Source of the DNA: Podarcis liolepis
Lineage: Eukaryota
Direction: 5' to 3' (one strand)
Assembly: GCA_965112155.1 (NCBI GenBank)
Contig: OZ218099.1
Length of the DNA stretch: 64,000 nucleotides
Shown here: one piece after another, positions 61,501 to 64,000 of the stretch
Numbering within the stretch: the first letter of the stretch is position 1
Layout: each line of letters begins with the position of its first letter
The notes under the pieces: model-generated
Databases searched by the model: none
Seen by the model: the letters and a program-made list of their open reading frames with translations, nothing else
Told to the model about the DNA's origin: nothing
Made by a program: the position numbers and the translations under genes

Positions 61501-63555
61501 GCACAGCAGAAATACACTAGCATTTCCTTTATCTGGTTCAGGATAATCCCCACTGCTGCTGCTCAAATGCAAATCCATGTCCCGCCCTACCTTTTTGGCT
61601 TCCACTAGCTGATTCAATTTCTCGTAACATTCTCCAAGAGCTACCAGCATACGGGAATCATTGGGCCTGTGAAAAACATGAAACTATCAGCTGGCTCACA
61701 AAAAGACCGAACAAGCTCAGACTTCTAAAGCTACCTAAAACCCAATGAGCACTAAGCCTCACTTTTAAATCTAGTAGCACAACAGTCTTTTTTTTGTCAA
61801 CATCCCAAAAGAAGAGACTAAAATCAAACACTTAAAACCCAGCTGTTGGGACTTGTTATGATTTCAAAATTGAGTTTTAAAATTTGGATTGTCCCATGCA
61901 CCCTTCCTTTAACTGTAGAGTAGGAAGAGTCTGGGAGCAATGGAGAGATACGGGGAGCTATATTAAATGCCAAATTCTCATTATTTTTTTGCAAAAGTAA
62001 AGATCAGATTATCTTTTAAATGACATGTAAGATCCCCTGCCTCTGGTCAATCTGCACTGAAACATTAGATTTTGTAATTTGCAGGGCAGCCATGGCAATG
62101 CGCATCCCTATTTCATTTACAGCAAGCTGACTCCATACACTGATAATGGCAGCTACTAAAAAGAGTTAGACACAAAGACAGTATTTATACTGGGCAGTTT
62201 TACCTGAGCTGATGGGCCCGCCGATAGTAATAGAGACAGTAAAAGGGCATCTTGAGGATCTCATATGTTTGCCCCAATCCGTACCACGCTCTGTAGTCTC
62301 TTTTATTCACTTCTATGGCATGTCTAGAAGAGAGAAAGCCACAGGAATTCTTTGAAAGAGTATGCAGAGTATACAGGTATACAGCACAAACGGAGGTAAG
62401 ATCATAACAGTCTGCATTTGTTAAAAAAGAAAGGCACAAGTAGAATCAATTGGGAGAGTAACAACAATAGAAAAAGATCTTGTTAAAATACTCCCCACCC
62501 TAGGTGGAAACCAGAAGTAAGCCTTCTTTTTTGGAAGGCATCTGCAGACGCACCTATATGCCTGAATGGCTGCTGATGTGTTTTTCATTTCCATATATTC
62601 ATGTCCCATGAGGGTCCACGCGCCAAGGTATCGAGGATTCAGCTTCAACGCTCTCTGGAAGTAGAGAGCTGCTTTTTCATGCTGTGAGCGCAAACTATAG
62701 TAGTTCCCTATGGCAAAAGCACAATGAAAAGTGAGCAGAGAGCAGCCAGGGCCTGGGAAACAACAACTCTGCTAACACTCTTCCATGTGAAAGAGGATCA
62801 TGTCCTGCAGCTTCCTCCCATCCCTCTTCAGGCAAGCAAGGTCTCTCACCAATCACACAGCAGGTCTCCACACGGTACTTGTCAATCTCACATAGGTTGT
62901 GGGCCAAATAGCTCAGTTCAGGCTTCATACTCTAGTGGGATAAAGGAAAGTGGTAAGCTTAAGGACAGGATCCAGTGGGTGGGGGTGGAACTGCAGGGAT
63001 GGAAACACACTCTTCTAACACCAGTGCATGAAAAGAAAGAAGGAACAGCATTTCAAGCCACAAAATCAGTCACTAGGTTGTCTGAACTAGGAGAATCCAA
63101 TGAGAACAACAAATCTTGGGATGTTTGGAAGTCATCAGCAACAGGGACTACCAAAGACTTGGCAATTTCATACAATATCCAGAATAACTTCACAAGCTGG
63201 TTCAAGACAACTGGAACATCTCCCTGTAGCAAATGTTTCCTGATTCTGTTTGCCGTTATATACTTTCACTTGATAGTGCAATGCTGTTATTTCCTTACAG
63301 ACCAAATTTCCCTACTGGGGTTTACCGCTAAGAAAACATGAGTAAGTTTAAGAGATATAGACAGAAAAGTTCTCTATACAAATTGAAGGATTGCGAGCAA
63401 TTTAAGGTTGAGGTAGGGTCATATGCAGCAATGGCCAGCATGGTAGTACAGCAAGTGTATCATAGTTTGATGTATCATAGTATTTTAATATTCTTTTGGA
63501 AGCCGCCCAGAGTGGCTGGGGAAACCCAGCCAGATGGGCGGGGTATAAATAATAA

Positions 63556-63592
<37 letters not shown>

Positions 63593-63946
63593 GTGACTTC
63601 CTACCTGGCTCCCCAATGCAATGCATCGCTGCCAGTTACCAAGATGTCAGGCAGCAGGGAACTCAGCAGAATACAGACAGACAGCTCACCCAATCCAATG
63701 CTCCTCCCACTGTGCCAAGCTCCCTGCTCCCTCCCACTCTCCCTTTCTGTAACATGCCTTTGGGAAGCCTGCTAAGCAACTCCATCCTGCCCACACCACC
63801 CACTACTCAACCTATAACGTATTTCAGATTGAGAAAAAAAGTACGCACCCTGACATAGAGCAGATTAGAGAAGGTGTCCATATTTTCTATCCTGTAAGGG
63901 TCTTGTTTTCTTAGTTCATTGAAGATGGACAAAGCTTTATCAATAT
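58583..63946 (-). CDS. CDC23: CDC23 (APC8), anaphase-promoting complex TPR subunit; 3' nine exons, 5' part beyond the window
   Basis: Exons 63946-63849, 62931-62850, 62707-62554, 62323-62204, 61666-61591, 61094-61033, 60363-60285, 60061-59942, 58753-58583 (TAA), all GT-AG and in frame. Peptides [74 protein letters not shown]. Confidence 0.97.
59427..59595. mobile_element. Mariner/pogo-like MITE, short relative of 5771-6125
   Basis: TA TSDs; TIRs CCGTATTTTTTACACCATAAC / GTTATAGAGCGAAAAATACGG. Confidence 0.75.
63495..63592 (+). mobile_element. L2 3' tail with (TTA)n microsatellite
   Basis: TTGGAAGCCGCCCAGAGTGGCTGGGGAAACCCAGCCAGATGGGCGGGGTATAAAT followed by (TAT)n. Confidence 0.8.
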
Positions 63947-64000
63947 CTGAGGAAAGAGAAAGGCAGGCACTCAGGGAAAAAACGCAGGAAACAAAATACA

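Noticed and set aside
62724-63775. 205-aa and 145-aa plus-strand ORFs
   Set aside because: They are antisense to CDC23 exons and introns, run through repeats, and show no recognisable domain.

Overview
Vertebrate genomic DNA with spliced genes. The repeat content (Squam3- and Sauria-type SINEs, L2/CR1/RTE LINEs, Penelope termini) points to a squamate, probably a lacertid lizard (inference). Gene order is RMND5B (3' part, +) >< NHP2 (-) <> BRD8 (+, with a short single-bromodomain end at 29.5 kb and a long two-bromodomain end at 38.4 kb) > KIF20A (+) >< CDC23 (3' part, -). Exon boundaries were read by hand from splice signals and frame continuity against remembered vertebrate orthologues. The most striking non-genic object is a 226-bp insertion at 40538-40763. 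It has a 13-bp target-site duplication and contains a perfect, spacer-less 192-bp palindrome in which each strand encodes an intact minimal Penelope-type hammerhead ribozyme. A decayed relative lies at 18473-18590. Other points of note are a young L1-clade insertion with a 17-bp TSD nested in a SINE, a GC-AG intron in KIF20A, an exon-level internal duplication in BRD8, and a promoter arrangement that differs from human.
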